Of a stretch of DNA of 64,000 nt, positions 24,301 to 38,900 are shown in pieces. This stretch comes from Octopus sinensis (taxonomy: Eukaryota): NCBI RefSeq assembly GCF_006345805.1, contig NC_043016.1:25296001-25360000 (forward strand), read 5' to 3'. Positions within the stretch are counted from its first letter, which is position 1. Each line of letters starts with the position of its first letter. The translations under genes were made by a program, and so were the position numbers. Below the pieces are notes generated by a model. The model had not been told where the DNA came from. It made no database searches and worked only from the letters and a program-made list of their open reading frames with translations.

Positions 24301-27300
24301 TTTGCTAGGTTAACCCTAAGGCCCTTCAATTCTAGACCTTACTTCCACAACCCTAAACTTCGTCACCAGTTCTGGCAGTGATTCAGCTATTAGAGCTAGG
24401 TTATCAACATAGAGGAGCTCCCGGGGGCAGCCTGTTTTGAAGATTTATCCTTGGTGAACCCCTACTTCTGCTCAGAATTCTTCACTATACTCGTTGCCAA
24501 CCCTCACCTTACTGACAGCATCCCTGTACAGGGCTTGTACAGCTCTTACCAACCATTTGTCTATCCCCTGTTTCCGCATTGACCACCAGATAAGGGATCA
24601 GAGGACCCTGTCAAAGGCTTTCTCCAAGTCAATAAAAGCCAAGTACAGAGGTTTATCTTTGGCTATGTATTTCTCCTGCAGATCCTTACCAGAAATATAG
24701 CATCAGTGGTGCTTCTGCCTGGCACAAAACCAAACTGCATCTCATCTAGGCTAACTCTCTCCCTAATTAGTTGGGCTATGATCCTCTCTGTAACTTTCAT
24801 CACCTGATCCAATAATTTGATACCTCTATAGTTATTTCTATCTAAAGCATCACCTTTACCCTTGTAGCAGTTGACTATGGTGCTGTTACACCAGTCATTG
24901 GGTATGACTCTTTCATGAACTACCTGATTTACAAGACCATAACCCACACCGCCTGATATTTTAAGCATCCCAGTGGTGATTCTTGATAGGCCAGGGGTTT
25001 TCCCTGACTTCATATCCTTAATTGCTTTATCTACCTGAGTGCTGTTGATTCGGATAGCTGGCCCCTCAATTAGGTCAACCTTTGGTAGACTCTCCTTCTC
25101 CATTCATTCTCCACATTCAGCAGTTGAATGTTTGGTAACAGGCATCATAATAGTTGTTCTTGCTTTTCACCTTCCATCATTCAAACATATTAGAGTTGTT
25201 AAGGTTGTTACCTGTACTGGGGGCAGGTGGGTGAGTAAGCATTGTATATGAAAGTGTTTGGGGCATTGTAGATATAAGCACTATGAGCCTAGTGGATGAA
25301 GCATTACTGATGCTGCAGATATAAATGTGTCAATAAATAAAAAGTAAATGGGCTACTATGTGGTTTAGTTAGTCTAGAGATGGGAGGTGGGTGGTTGTGG
25401 AGAAAAAAGAGAGAGGGGAAGGGCAATGGAGGTCTGGTAAGAGAAAGAAATTTCCAGTAAGAGAGAAAGAAAGAAAAAGAAATTTCCGGTAAGAGGGAAA
25501 GAGAAAGAGATTTCCGGTAAGAGAGAAAGAGAAAATTTTCTGGTGAGAGAGAGAGAGAAAGCGATTTCTGGTATTGGTGGCGCAATGGGAAAGGGTGAGC
25601 GCAACCACTGATACTAAAGGTCATTTTAAGGGCTAGAACAAACAAACGAGAGATTCTTAGCTTAGCTGTGCATATTCTCAAGTGTCATCTGCCACCGAAC
25701 ACATGGAATAAACTAATGAAAGTCTGGGGGGGGGGCAGATGTGGAGGCAACAGGTGGAAATGAACGAAGAATGCAACCTTAGCCCTAGGCTTCAAAGAGA
25801 AATAACAGGGAGTAGCCATTGCAATGAGAGATAAGAGAGATACAGACAGGAATGAAAGAAATTATTTCTTTCTCTCAAAAAATACATCCTGATCTAAGGA
25901 AACCTCGGATTCTGGCAACTAACATCCTATTGGTTTCACAGTATCTCAGATGGAGACAGCCATTAACAACAGTTTTCTGTAACAACTTGGATTTCCCTTT
26001 TGTATTAATGATCACTAGTATGACAGCTTTTCTATAATTAGATTATGGTGTTAAATTGGGCAACAGGTTAAGTCTACCACTCAAGAACATGAATGGTTCC
26101 TCTAATGGATTTCTGTCTACTTTCTGCCTTCCACATTTTACTCATAAGACACTTGCCCAATGTGTCATTGCAATGAGATCAAACCTGAAGCCTAGGTAGT
26201 TGCAAAGTGAACATATTAACCACACTGCCATGCCACAACCTATAAGTGAATGATATTGATTTTATGGCTTGCTGGCCTTTCCTATAACTAGGAAATCAAT
26301 GATGAAGTGAGACAAACACACTAAATTAACTGTCTCAAACTGAAGCAGGCATTATGATGTGTAGTCAACATTGACAATAAAATAGCATCAACTGTCTTTG
26401 AAAAGCTGATTATGAAATCTATACCTTATAGCCACTTATATATATGGGTTGAGAAATTGACATCAAAAACCAAGACTCTTAACTCTGGTTAAAACAGATA
26501 AACTTGCCTGTTCATTATGAAGAAGGCTGTAAACCACAGAATACTTAGTTGTATTTAGTTATATTCTATATACATTTTGAGTTTGATTATCTCTGGGATA
26601 AATTTGCCTTTCATCTTGTAAGTCGTTAAAATACATTCCAGTCAAGTACTAGCATCAATATGACATGGCTTCTTCATTCAGAATTTGTAGTCAAGTCCCC
26701 TGACTTAAAGGATAAATTTTATGTAAGTTGTTAGATGATGACAAAGCATTTGTTGATGTGTAGTTGGCAAACAACTGATCTTTCTGATGAAGCATATTAA
26801 AAATATATACTTAATAGACAAAATTGGTCATACTGAAGTATAGATTTTTGATCATCATAAGACTGGGTTCAAGAATAGAGCTGGAGGATATGTTGATTTA
26901 GTGGTGATTTAACATCTATGTTCCTTTGCAAGCATGAAAACAAAACTGCTTTGGGTTCTTCTTTTGTTACTGTGAATTTGGTTCTCTTTTTCTTAATTTA
27001 TTAGAATACCTTCATTTATCTGTGTATAATAAACTTAGTTTTCAACCGCACAGTTTTTATTTTCTTTAGTAGTACCACTGGTTATTTCAGGAATTTTTCT
27101 TTTATGTCTAGTTGCTGCTGTTATGTCCCAGGTCAGACCTGGAATAGCAGACACTTGATCAAAGGCATTCTGCTCTTTAAGATTCCCCCCTTTTTAAAAC
27201 ATTATATCAAGAACTGCTTTATCCAATCTGTCTTTTCCTCAACTCTTTGGACACCAACCCACCTGAAGCTGCTCCTAGTTCTGTTATGCAATCTTCCTAT

Positions 27301-30300
27301 TTTAAAGTTATCTAGATTAAAACTTTCCATTAAAATTTGGTATTGATTTATGCTCCAAGTACTTAATATAGACAAAGTTAGATACTAAATCCTGCATTAT
27401 TTTCAAAATTAATTTAAGGGTATTTCAACAGAAATATGGTAACAAAAGGGTGACAGTATGGGTATGATTTGAGAGAGATTTGGTTGCTATTTCTAGCAGG
27501 TTGTGGAACCATATTTAGTGTCTTGTTTATTTTTTGTATTTAGTATCTTGTTTATTCAGTATCTTCTAAATCTACTCTCTTCAAATCAGTATGAATGATG
27601 ATTCGTATTAGAATATTAGCTTGGTTATGTTGGTACAGATATAGCTGTTTAGCTAAGAAATTCACTTTCCAGCAATGTGGTTTCAGGTTCTAACTCATTG
27701 CATGGCACCTTGGATAAATGTCTTCAACTATAGCCCCTAACCAGCTAATATCCTGCGAATGAATCCGGTTGATGGAAACTGTAAAGAAACACATTGTATG
27801 TATGTTTGTGTATATGGCATGTTTGTGTTTGTCTCTCAGTGCTTAACAATCAATGTTGGTTTATTAACGACCCTATATCTGCAGAAGAGACTGATAAAAT
27901 AAGTACCTAACATGATAGATTCTGGGGTTGATTTGATGAATGGAATCCTTTCAAGGTGGTACCCCAACACGGCCACAAGTCTTATAACTGAAACAACTTA
28001 TTTTATTGGAGTTATTAAAAAACAGAGAGAGAGAGAGAGACACCCCCCCCCATTTATTTTACGTGCGGGTGGCACGTAAAAAGCACCCACTACACTCACG
28101 GAGTGGTTGGCGTTAGGAAGGGCATCCAGCCGTAGAAACACTGCCAGATCTGACTAGGCCTGATGAAGCCTTCCGGCTTCACAGACCCCAGTTGAACTGT
28201 CCAACCCATGCTAGCATGGAAAACGGACGCTAAACGATGATGATTATAACTGGCCTAAGAAATAGAGAATTGAAAGAAGTTGTTGATATTATGATACATG
28301 TGTGGAATTAGTTCACTCTATCACATCCCATAGTTAATGGCCTGATTGTGTGATGAGAAATAATTGTATCTTTTATTAATAAATTTGAAGAAAATTGGAA
28401 AACAATATATTATATATGTTGTGTCTAGAGGGGTCATTATGAAATAAAAATTAACATAAACACAAGCACTATTTTAATATCACTTCATTATTTTACCAGC
28501 TAACTATTCATTGGTTTGTTTAATGTGTTGATTGAACAATCAGTTGGTTGTTAGTTTTCTCTCTCCTATTGTTATGTTTTAATACAGACTTATCCACGCT
28601 TGTGGTGATTATTCTGTGACAATAAATCTTCAGCTGGAAACTCATTGACATTCACTTCCATCACCAGAAGATCTGATGCAAAAATTAGGAGGAGGTCATG
28701 GATTCATAAAAATTGATCTCGTGGGTGCTTACAACCAAATCAAGCTTGCTCCAGGGAGTCGAAGATGTCTAGCTTTAAGCACTCACCGAGGAGTTTTACT
28801 TCAAAATGTGTTGCCAGTTGGAATTTCTTCAGCCTCCGGGTATTTTCAAAAGATAATGGATGACATCATGAACGATCTGTCAGGTGTTGGTGTCTACTTA
28901 GATGACATATTGGTCAGTGGTCCGAATGCAGAGTCTCACAGAACCTGAAATGTTTACTTCAGCATCTACAAGAAAAGGGCTTTGATGTTGCAGAGAGAAG
29001 TGTCAATTTGCCCAACCCAAAGTGGAATATTTGAGACACATACTTTCCAAACAAGGCATTTCAAAAGGTCCTAAAGTAGACGCTGTCATCAACATGCTGG
29101 CACCCAAGGAGTCATTTTTGGGATCAGTGCATTTCTATTCATTGTTTATACAACTGATATATCATTCAAGCAACAGACTTTATATAGTATCTTGATCTGT
29201 ATAAGTAGTAGTCAAAGCTCGTTTAAATCACATTCTACTTACTCTCTTATAAATTAAAAATGAGAAGACCCATTGGATAATGTAGTCCTTCATACTACAT
29301 GTCTGAAAAACAACAGGAGGATCATAGTGCTTTTTTGATTATAGAGTCAATCAGGTGCTAAAGAACCCCCCCCCCCCCACTTGTCAATCTTTAGAACAAC
29401 TAAATTCACAGGAAAAAATCTACTAGAATCATTGGTAAAAAATAAAAAAATAGCTATTCTTTCAGTTTTCCGAAACAAAGTAAATACAGGTGATCCCTCA
29501 TTTTATACCAGTGTTGCATTCCTTCAGTGATATTGTAAATGAAATTGATGTAGAAACAAAACCATTACATAATGTACATGGTGGGTGGGAGACGGGTGAT
29601 GCATTCTATGCGTCTAAAAATATAGTTTTCGTTTATGTAAACCATTTTGATATAAGCTTTTACGACTAAAATTTATGTAAAATGTTTGCATACTTTCTTA
29701 GACCTACTTAAGATAATAAGTAATAATGTAATTATTACACGCATACAGTTTAAAGTGTCAGTACTCACTGAAAAGTTTCAATCCAAAGTGTTGGATGCAC
29801 ACTAGTAAATTTTCTTTTATCACACATGGGTATACTTATTTGTAAAACCTTTTATTACCGTTAATTGTAACATGCATCTATCATGGCATTCACAAGCAAT
29901 CAGTGCAAGATGAGTGAATAAAACAAAAGTGAGGAAAGGAGGAGCCATGTGGACTGAGTGGATGGTCTAAATTCTAAACTGGCTGGTGTAAATCTGAATA
30001 ATTTTATAACGTCTCTATTTGAGCCATTATAAAACGAGAGCCACCTGTTGTGTATTTTTAGGTCTAGCAGAATGTATTGAGTCTGTTAAATTGTATTGGA
30101 TGAATTGCTGCTTTTTTGCAAGTGACCAAAACATTGTAAGATTTGTTGGAAAATATCTTGGAAGCCTGTTGCAGAGATCATTGCTGTCCTTGGGGAGGAA
30201 ACTTAATCTGAGACTCTACCTTTGAAGTTAATTTTGTTACTTTCTTGATCTCAGTTTAGTAGTAATAATATCCCTTACTTTCAAATTTGGTTTGCTATCA

Positions 30301-33300
30301 TCATCATCATCATCATCGTTTAACGTCCGTTTTCCATGCTAGCATGGGTTGGACGGTTTGACCGGGGTCTGGGAAGTCAGGGCTGCTCCAGGCTCCAGTC
30401 TGATCTGGCAGAGTTTCTACGGCTGGATGCCTTTCCTAACGCCAACCACTCCGTGAGTGTAGTGGGTGCTTTTTACGTGCCACCCAGGGAATAAAGTAAC
30501 AGACTTGATTCTGTTGTTATAATGTTTCTCTTGAAATACACTGCCTTTATTTCAGTTAATATATATATTAATGTAGAATTTAGAGAAATAACTTTCTCAT
30601 TATCAAGCTGGTATTTGGAACATAAATTAACAAGGAAATTATGATGGAAGGTTTTAATTTAGATCACATTAAATCAGGAAGTTCATACAGAGTCAGGGGT
30701 TGATGTCAGGCAGGTTGGCTTCAGGACAACTAGAAATTGATTATTGAAGGAACTGGAAGAATGCATGTGTGTGTAAGTTTTTTTTTTTAAGTTCTCGTCA
30801 TAGAAAAAAAATTGCATTGAAATGTACTCACATATGAACATATACCATATTTTTAACATGTTTATTGTGAAAGTAATTACATTTGCAACCATTAACAGAA
30901 CATACTAAATGCAGTAATATATGAATATGTATTATTATTGTTGTTTGTTATAATGTCTTTGAACACTCTGCTGTGTTTTTCTTTCCATAGAATAAATATT
31001 TATGCTATCTTTGTTTTATTTTATAGGTTTTCTTAAAGGAAAGTCAAACATCTGTAATTGTTACCGATGACTGTATTGAGGGCCCTCTTAAGGTAAAAAC
31101 ACTCTACTTTTTATTGTTAAATTCAGATGCTGTAATTAATCTCTTCTTCATATACAAATGATAATCATTTGTTTCTAGTGAAGCCAATGACTTAGGGTGC
31201 AGGGAAGACCTGAAAGAGTCAGCTTTATTTCTAACAACCTGCTTTAATGATCACTGCCAGGCAGAACTACTTTGTTATTCTTTGAATTGGGTTGTTGAGT
31301 CCAATCTTTTAGTTCTTTGTGATCATATTTCAAAACTTTTTTGTTCATTCTGATATCCAGTTTGTAATCATAAAACTAATTAGTAGATTGGAATCGTCAT
31401 TATCTCTGTTCACTGTAAAGTTCACTTTACAACCATGTGTTATTAGGTTCAATCTATCTTTGCAATACCTTATATTTTATTGCAGCTTTAGGGTAACCAA
31501 TCCCTTGTGTGTTGGTTTTGGCAAACAATTGTGTGTGTGTGTCTGTGTGTGCGTGCATGCACACATGTGGAATGTTATGAGAAAATTTTGATCTGTACAT
31601 GTTGGGATTATACAATGCAATGAAAATGCAAGTGCATGTGATGAAGATTGGTAACCAGCCTCCCGAGTCCATCTTCTACAAACAGGTTTTGAGCTTTCTC
31701 TTTGTGCCTGTTCATCTTGATGTTAATCTTCTCATAAGTGTCATGATGTTGCTGCAGCTTTTGATCAAGTTGAAGGGACAAACTTTGTAGCAGTGCTATG
31801 CACATTCAGGTTTTCTCTAAAAATCTTGTGGCAGACTCTCTAACTGATTCCATTTGGATTATTCATTAACAATCTTTAAGGATGAATTTATTGAATTTTG
31901 TGATGTTTTGCTTGTGACTGGTTACCTCGAGTGCTCATCAATTTGGACCAGCAAGAAGTGAGCATGCCACTTAAAAACTTGCACTCATCCCAGATAATAT
32001 TTAGCAAAATCCTGATGAAGCACTTTAAGAGTACCAGTTGCGGATTTACTGATCTTCATGCAAAATTTTATGTAGGTACATTTCGTAAATTTGTCAACCA
32101 TTGTAAAAGTTGCAGAGCCATTCTAACAGACCATAGGAAAACATATAATAATTGACTTGACAGCATGAAGTCTGTTTGTAGACTGTCTACCAATGATCAA
32201 TGACTGTACATATATTTCTTATGAACAATGCTATTGTAATGGATATCAACTCACATACACACAGCCATGCATATATATGATGCAAGCACACCCGCACACA
32301 CTAATGTGAATTGGCTTCTAACATAAACATTACTTAAGAAAAATGATGAATAGGTGCTTTCAAAGAAAAATAACATGTGGTGTCCCCTCTCAGTTGTTTA
32401 GATATCCATTGTTACTTTCGCTGCTGTGATCTGTCCATCAGTGCCCTCAAACAATGATATTCTTAGTCACGAAAAGCTAAAAAGCAATATAGAATTGTCT
32501 TATGTGAATTAAAATGTTTTCAACTTGGGATTCAAGCCCATAATGGTTGTTGTGGCTTATTGAAGCTTTCTTTTTAACCTATTGCACTTGTTACCAGCAT
32601 TGTATAATATATGAACAAACCTCTTTTGGCAAGGTCACGAACAAAAATATACTCCTTGTATCTTTTTAGCAAATATTCCTTCCACAGGATACATTGTCTG
32701 TAATGAACTTGTTTATCTGTTTAAAATCTTCATGGGTGAATAGACATATCAAAACCCAAAATAGATTTTGGAAATTTCTTTATAGTGAGATTGAAGAAGT
32801 ACCAGTATAGTGCAGAAACTTTATTATCTGCCAGCCTAAGCAATTGTTTCTATTCAAACTGTTTTCTAAAAGTCAGTCATCACTATTATGGTAAAGTAGT
32901 AATAAATAAAATCATTTGAGTACAATAGGTGCACCAGTGGATGTTGATACAAATCTTATTATATGCAGATAAAATGCTACATTGGACATTGCTGACTTTT
33001 GAACTTAAAAGTCATAAGTAGCATTTAAAGTGTAGCTCAGAAGACACTGAAGTATCCAATTTCATCTACTTTATACATGTGAACTTTTTATTAAAATTTA
33101 ATATGATATGCTAAATTCTTAGTCAGTCAATAAAGGTTTTATTTTTGTGAAAACAATTTTTACTTCTTGATGAATTGCTGGCCTTTAAAAAGCTCAAATG
33201 AGTGATTTTCAGAGATGAGGGAAAAATTTAGACCACATCTGAAAGAAAACTCATACTCCAGATACTGGCTTGTAGACATGGTTTTCTCCGCCTCTTCTTT

Positions 33301-35910
33301 ATCTACTCAGTAACTCCTGCTTTTCTGATCTTGTGAGATCTGCAGTACCTAATGCTTCTCAACTCTTGTCTTGTGATTCCTTCCAGCTCTCACATTTAAT
33401 CATCCCAAAACTAGAGCTCTCTAATGTTTTCCTAACCCATATTTTTTTCCCTTATAGACATTGACCATTAAAAATTCAAACTAAACATCAACGTCACTCT
33501 CAGAGATTTGAAGGATTTTCAAGGGTCATGGATGGTGTTCTTCCCCCATATAATAATAAAAAGAAAGTCTGTTCAGTTGTGGTGAAAGAAAATCTGTTCA
33601 GTTGTAGCTATGTGGTAAAAAAAAAAACATGTTTCTTAACATCATTGTTCAGGGTTCAACCCTATTGCTTGGCACATTGGGCAAGTGTCTTCTACAAAAG
33701 CCTTGGGCCAACCCAAGTGGAGTAGATTTGCTAGGCAGAAACTGAAAGAAACCCATCTTTAGTGTGTGTGTGTTTGTCTCCCATCGCTGCTTGACAACTG
33801 GTGTAGGTGTGTTTATATTCCCTGTAACTTAGTGTTTTGGCAAAAGGGAACAATAGAATAAGTACTGGGCTTAAAAAAAAGAAGTACTGGGTTTCATTTG
33901 AGTAAAAGTTCTGCAATGAGGTGCTCCAGCATGGCCTCAGTCTAATGACTGAAACAAGTGAAAGATAAAAATGTTCAAAGTTGCACAGAGAACAATGACA
34001 GTTTCTATGATTGTTCTAAATATTGTTAGTTAAGTATACGGCTTATGAAATAATGAAAACTAGTTGAGTCAATAGTCAAAGAGTCAACAATTAATATCCC
34101 ATCATCATTTAGATACATAACTTTTTCTGAATTATCTCATTTAGAAATAGAAGCTGCCATTGATAGCTGTAGCTCATTATTGCAACTTCAGAATCATGAT
34201 GATTACCAAGTATTTTTATTAGACTTGTGAGTTCAATTACTGAACTAAGCAGCATGTTCTGTTCTGTTAAGCAAGACACTTCATTTCATATTGCTCCAGT
34301 GTACTCTGCTGAAAATGTGTACCAGCAGCAGTGGTTGGTTTACTTGGGTAACATTGTTATGCACAGATGTCTTCATAGATGGGAGAGTCTTGTACTTTCA
34401 TTTTACTTAATCTTTTAGCATTCAGATTACTCTGTTAAATGCAAAGCTTATATATTCACATTGTTTTGAATTAATCATATATTATCTCATAGCTTTGAGA
34501 TTTCAATGATCTGATTGTTTATTTTTGTAGAATGATATTGTAGGGTATATGTGATAGGCCTGATCTGGTGAGTTTGAACACAAAACAGATAGAATACTTG
34601 GGCTGGATATGGCTGGCTTGAATACTAAAAGGTTAAATACCATGGAACCAGGATAAATTCCAGCCTAATGAACTTTTGGGATTGAAGCAGACCATTTCTA
34701 AGACTATTTTATTAAACAACTGTAATGATTTCAAATCCTCAGATGGACATGAATCAGGCAATGGGGAGCTTTTTATCTTCTTCAAGAGATTATAGAATCT
34801 ATAGGATCATCAGTTGTTGAATCCCCTTGAAAATAACAGCCATGGTACCACTTTATGTATAAAACTATTTCTAGATATAATTTCCATGGGCATCTATGGA
34901 ATAAAAAAGGCAGTGATATTTGAATTTAGTGGCCTATTTCAATTTAATTTTGTTTTCTCTTGAAATGTTAAATTTTAAGAGTAGTTTTAAGTTTTTAAAA
35001 GCAAGGAGATTTACAAACGTAATATTCTATTATATTAATTCCAAAAGTCATGTTTTTAATTGGTATTAGCTTATTTTGCAGTGTGTTTTTATTTTCTAAA
35101 TATTTCAATACAATTTTTAATTATTACTAAATACTTTTAGGTTGGTGCTCCTGTTCTGGTTAACATGTCAGAGACTAATCATTCAGCTGAAGGTGTTGTT
35201 AACAAAGTCAATGACTGTAGCATGTACACTGTTGGTGAGTATTGTCTTCAACTGATATTGCTTCAATTTCTATAGTAATACAATCTACTGAGAAACTTTT
35301 GTTCTGGAACAATATATACACATATATATATAAAAAAATATACACCTATACACAAAAATACACATACGTATACATAAATATCAGCCATACTATTCTATAT
35401 TTTTGTGATGAGGAATTATGTGCATTATTTACAATGGATGGATAGGTGTCCTCACCCTGTTTGTTGTTTCCACAGGCATATAGCATAGTGGATAAGAGTG
35501 CAGGCTACTAATCCTTGGATCCTGAGTTAAATCCCAGGCAGGGACTTGGGAAATAATATTAGCAAAAAAAGACTACCTTAGGAAGGAGTACAAAGTACAC
35601 TGTTAGTTAAATAACGGGTTGGATTAGAAATTGCACCAGAACACCTGATGAACATTGTGGAAATAATAAAAAAAAGTGAGGATACCTATCTGTCCATTGT
35701 AAATAATGTATATCAGCCATAGTACTCAACTGGTACTCATTTTATAGACACTGAAAAGATGACAGGCAAAGGTTGACTGTAGCAGAATTTGAACTCAGAA
35801 CATAAAGAGATGGAAGAAATGTCACAAAGCATTTTGATTCTTTCCAGCTTGACATCTTAATAATAGTAATAATGATAATAATACTAGTGATAATGATAAT
35901 GATGATGATG

Positions 35911-35946
<36 letters not shown>

Positions 35947-38900
35947 TAAATTTTATTTTGTAGTGTTTGATGATGGAGATGAGAGGACACTCAGAAGAAC
36001 TCAATTATGTTTAAAAGGAGAGAAACACTTTGTAGAAAGTGAAGTAAGGACATTTATACTTATGTTGATGTTGTAAAGGTGTGTTTGTGAGTGTATAAGT
36101 GTTTTCAAGATTGAGTAACTACAAACGAAGCATATGATTGTATAAATCACATAGCTTGTGAAGTTGAAAGTATATAGTATGCTGTTAGATTAATATTACA
36201 GGTTAGCAGTCACTTTTTACTATCAATCTGAACATGAATATGTGATAGTAAATTGATAACTTATTATTAATTAACTTCTTTTTCCTGATTGAAAATGAAT
36301 ATTTCCTCAGTCTTCTTGTGGTGACTGAGTATTTTCCATGTATAAAATCTTTTGTCTGTTTGTACTTATCAGTTTTCCATTTTGAATGCTATCAGAATAC
36401 AAAATACATATTTAACTTTTATATGTCTTTGTATTGTAGACTCTGGACCATTTGCCTCTGTCTCACCCAGAACACTTCGGGACTCCAGTAATGCAGAGTA
36501 AGAAAGGGAAAAGAGGAAGGTATTCTGCTTCAGGGTAAGTAATCTTATATAGCTGGAGTAATAATTGTTAAATTTAGTATAACTTTATACCCCTCTCCAT
36601 CCTGATTGTATAAACAAACAAAAAAATAGTACTCAATACATGTTTATGAATGTTAATTTATAAGCATCATTATTTTTATGTCTGTTTTCCCAAAAGTTGG
36701 CACATGCTTGTTTGGATTGTATGAATCTTCTCAAGCACAGTTGTTGTCACTCTACAAACCTCAAGCAATGCTCACAATGAGATATTGTTGGGGCAGTGCT
36801 GCTGCAAACACAGACATCCTACATTGCATCCAGAAACTGATTGGTATAAAGTCACTTTCAACCTCTGGTCCATGGGAATGTTGTCTCTTCTCTCTTTTTC
36901 TACTACTGCTACAATGGCCTTTGCTTCTTAGAGCTGGCTAACCCAGCCATCTCCATTCAAACACTTTTATCACACTTTTCTTTCCTTCTTTTATTACTAT
37001 TGTTATGCTCAGCCCTCATCCTGCACTAATTGCTAATCCCAGTTTTTGCTTTCCTGAACATTGACCCTCTGGAATTCTCACTGGTTTAGTTTGATTTGAT
37101 ACCATATATGTTCAAGAGAAACATATATGGTACCTCACTGGTCTTAGAGAGCTTGCAAAGGCATTGTACCTTTGTCCATACCCAGCAAGTAAAACATATC
37201 TGTTGAGATGCACTCTATTAAAGGCATCAAAGAGCCAGAATAGTGCAAACATAAGATGACATGCAATAATACGCTTGCTTTGATATCAACCATTGTTCAT
37301 GCATAATGGTGTTAATTTACACACAGTAAATTTAATTTGTTGTATAGTCCCAGGTTTATTTGGGATTATTTTAATAGGGGAAAAAAGGAAAAAAAGATCC
37401 TAACATGACAAGATAGATATATATTTTCCCTTTCTCATTGAAGCAATTTCATTTCTTTTATGCTGTTTGGGAAAGCATAAACCTAATCTATGGCATTTCC
37501 CTTCCCTTAAAATAGAGGGCTTACATACCTAGTCAGAAAGAAGGACAATGTTTAGTTTTGATGATTTGATAATTGTCTTTTGTTCTGGAGAGCAGCATTA
37601 ACATTTATCGAACAGCCTGTCTTCATCTTTCAGGGCTGATTATGAAGAAGACAGCAGCTCCGAAGACAGTCCACCTAAAAGAGCATCGTACAAAGGACGA
37701 TTTCAAGAACTCGTTGGAAAAGTGATGTGTATGGAAACTGGAGATAAGAGAAAATCCCCTTTATATGTACCTGTTCTCGTTGTTTTACCTGATGCTCATC
37801 AAGTTGAACTGAAGAACAAAGATCACCTGCTTGTGCGGTCATTTAAAGATGGAAAATTGTAAGTGAAACCTTGAATATATAAGACATGTTGACAAATGTA
37901 TGGGTTATATAGAAAATGTTGAATATTTTGCAAACTTTTAACATTTCTTAATCCTTTTGTATTTGGAAGATAATTGCATGTGCCGTGTGTCTGTTTTGTG
38001 GTTTATTGAATTGCTCAATTCAAATGTGTGTTGTCTGTGTTGTGCTTGTGAGTGTGTGATGGCCAAAAATATAATTATAAAATAATTATAAAAATATAAT
38101 TAAATCCATGGTTTTGTATTTGTAGACACACCACTGTGTTTTCTGCCAATTAGCAAGTGTATTTCTCTTTGTCAGTTGCTTGAAAATATAAAAAAAAATT
38201 TTTTTATGTTTTTGTGATCATGTTTTAAAATATTTTTATCAAATGGTAGTCAATGGTAGAATGGTGGACAAAATACCTTGTATTATTTGATTATGTCCTG
38301 TTATGTTCTTCATCCAAATCCCACTGAGATCACCTTTGGCTGATTTCTGAGATTGATAAAATAAGCATCAGTCAAAGTACCGGGATTGATGTAATCAACT
38401 ATATTGTTAAAGCCTGTTCCCCCAGTGTAGGCCATAGTACAATGACTAATGCATTGCACTCATTATATTGGTCACTGGCACAATGACTGATATCAGTAAA
38501 TGAATTTTAATGATATGTAAGTGATTATCTGTTTACAAATGTGTTGTTGGGTTCAGTCCCACAGCATCACACATAAAGCACAGGTCTTCTATTGAAAAAT
38601 TATAAAGAATTGTGAAAATGAAGTTTCATATTTACTTTTCTGTGGTAAACGACAATTTACAGTTTGATTTTGTGTTGAACAAACACTTTATGATGTGTCT
38701 CTCCCTTTGAAAGAAGAGTATTATTTAATTTTACTTTTCTGTGATTAAGTGTAAAGATACATTAACGTTTCCAGAAGTGTTTTTAACATTTGAAATGCTT
38801 TCTGTATTCTTGCTGTACATGAAACTATGATGAAAAATTTTATATTTAAATATGAACATTTGATATGAATAATGCAGTTTAAGGAAAAAGTTGTTATTTG

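Noticed and set aside
25430-25575. Repeat-spacer pattern reminiscent of a CRISPR array
   Set aside because: Eukaryotic intron, low-complexity non-unique spacers, and no cas genes.
35640-35670. CTGATGA...GGAAA motif (also isolated CTGATGA at about 26787, 28160 and 32010)
   Set aside because: No supporting stems or GAAAC/UH geometry; expected by chance.
36680-37330. Weak transposase-like motifs on the - strand (C..VGCLC; HYSG..C.ST.MF)
   Set aside because: Too degenerate to assign without a profile search.
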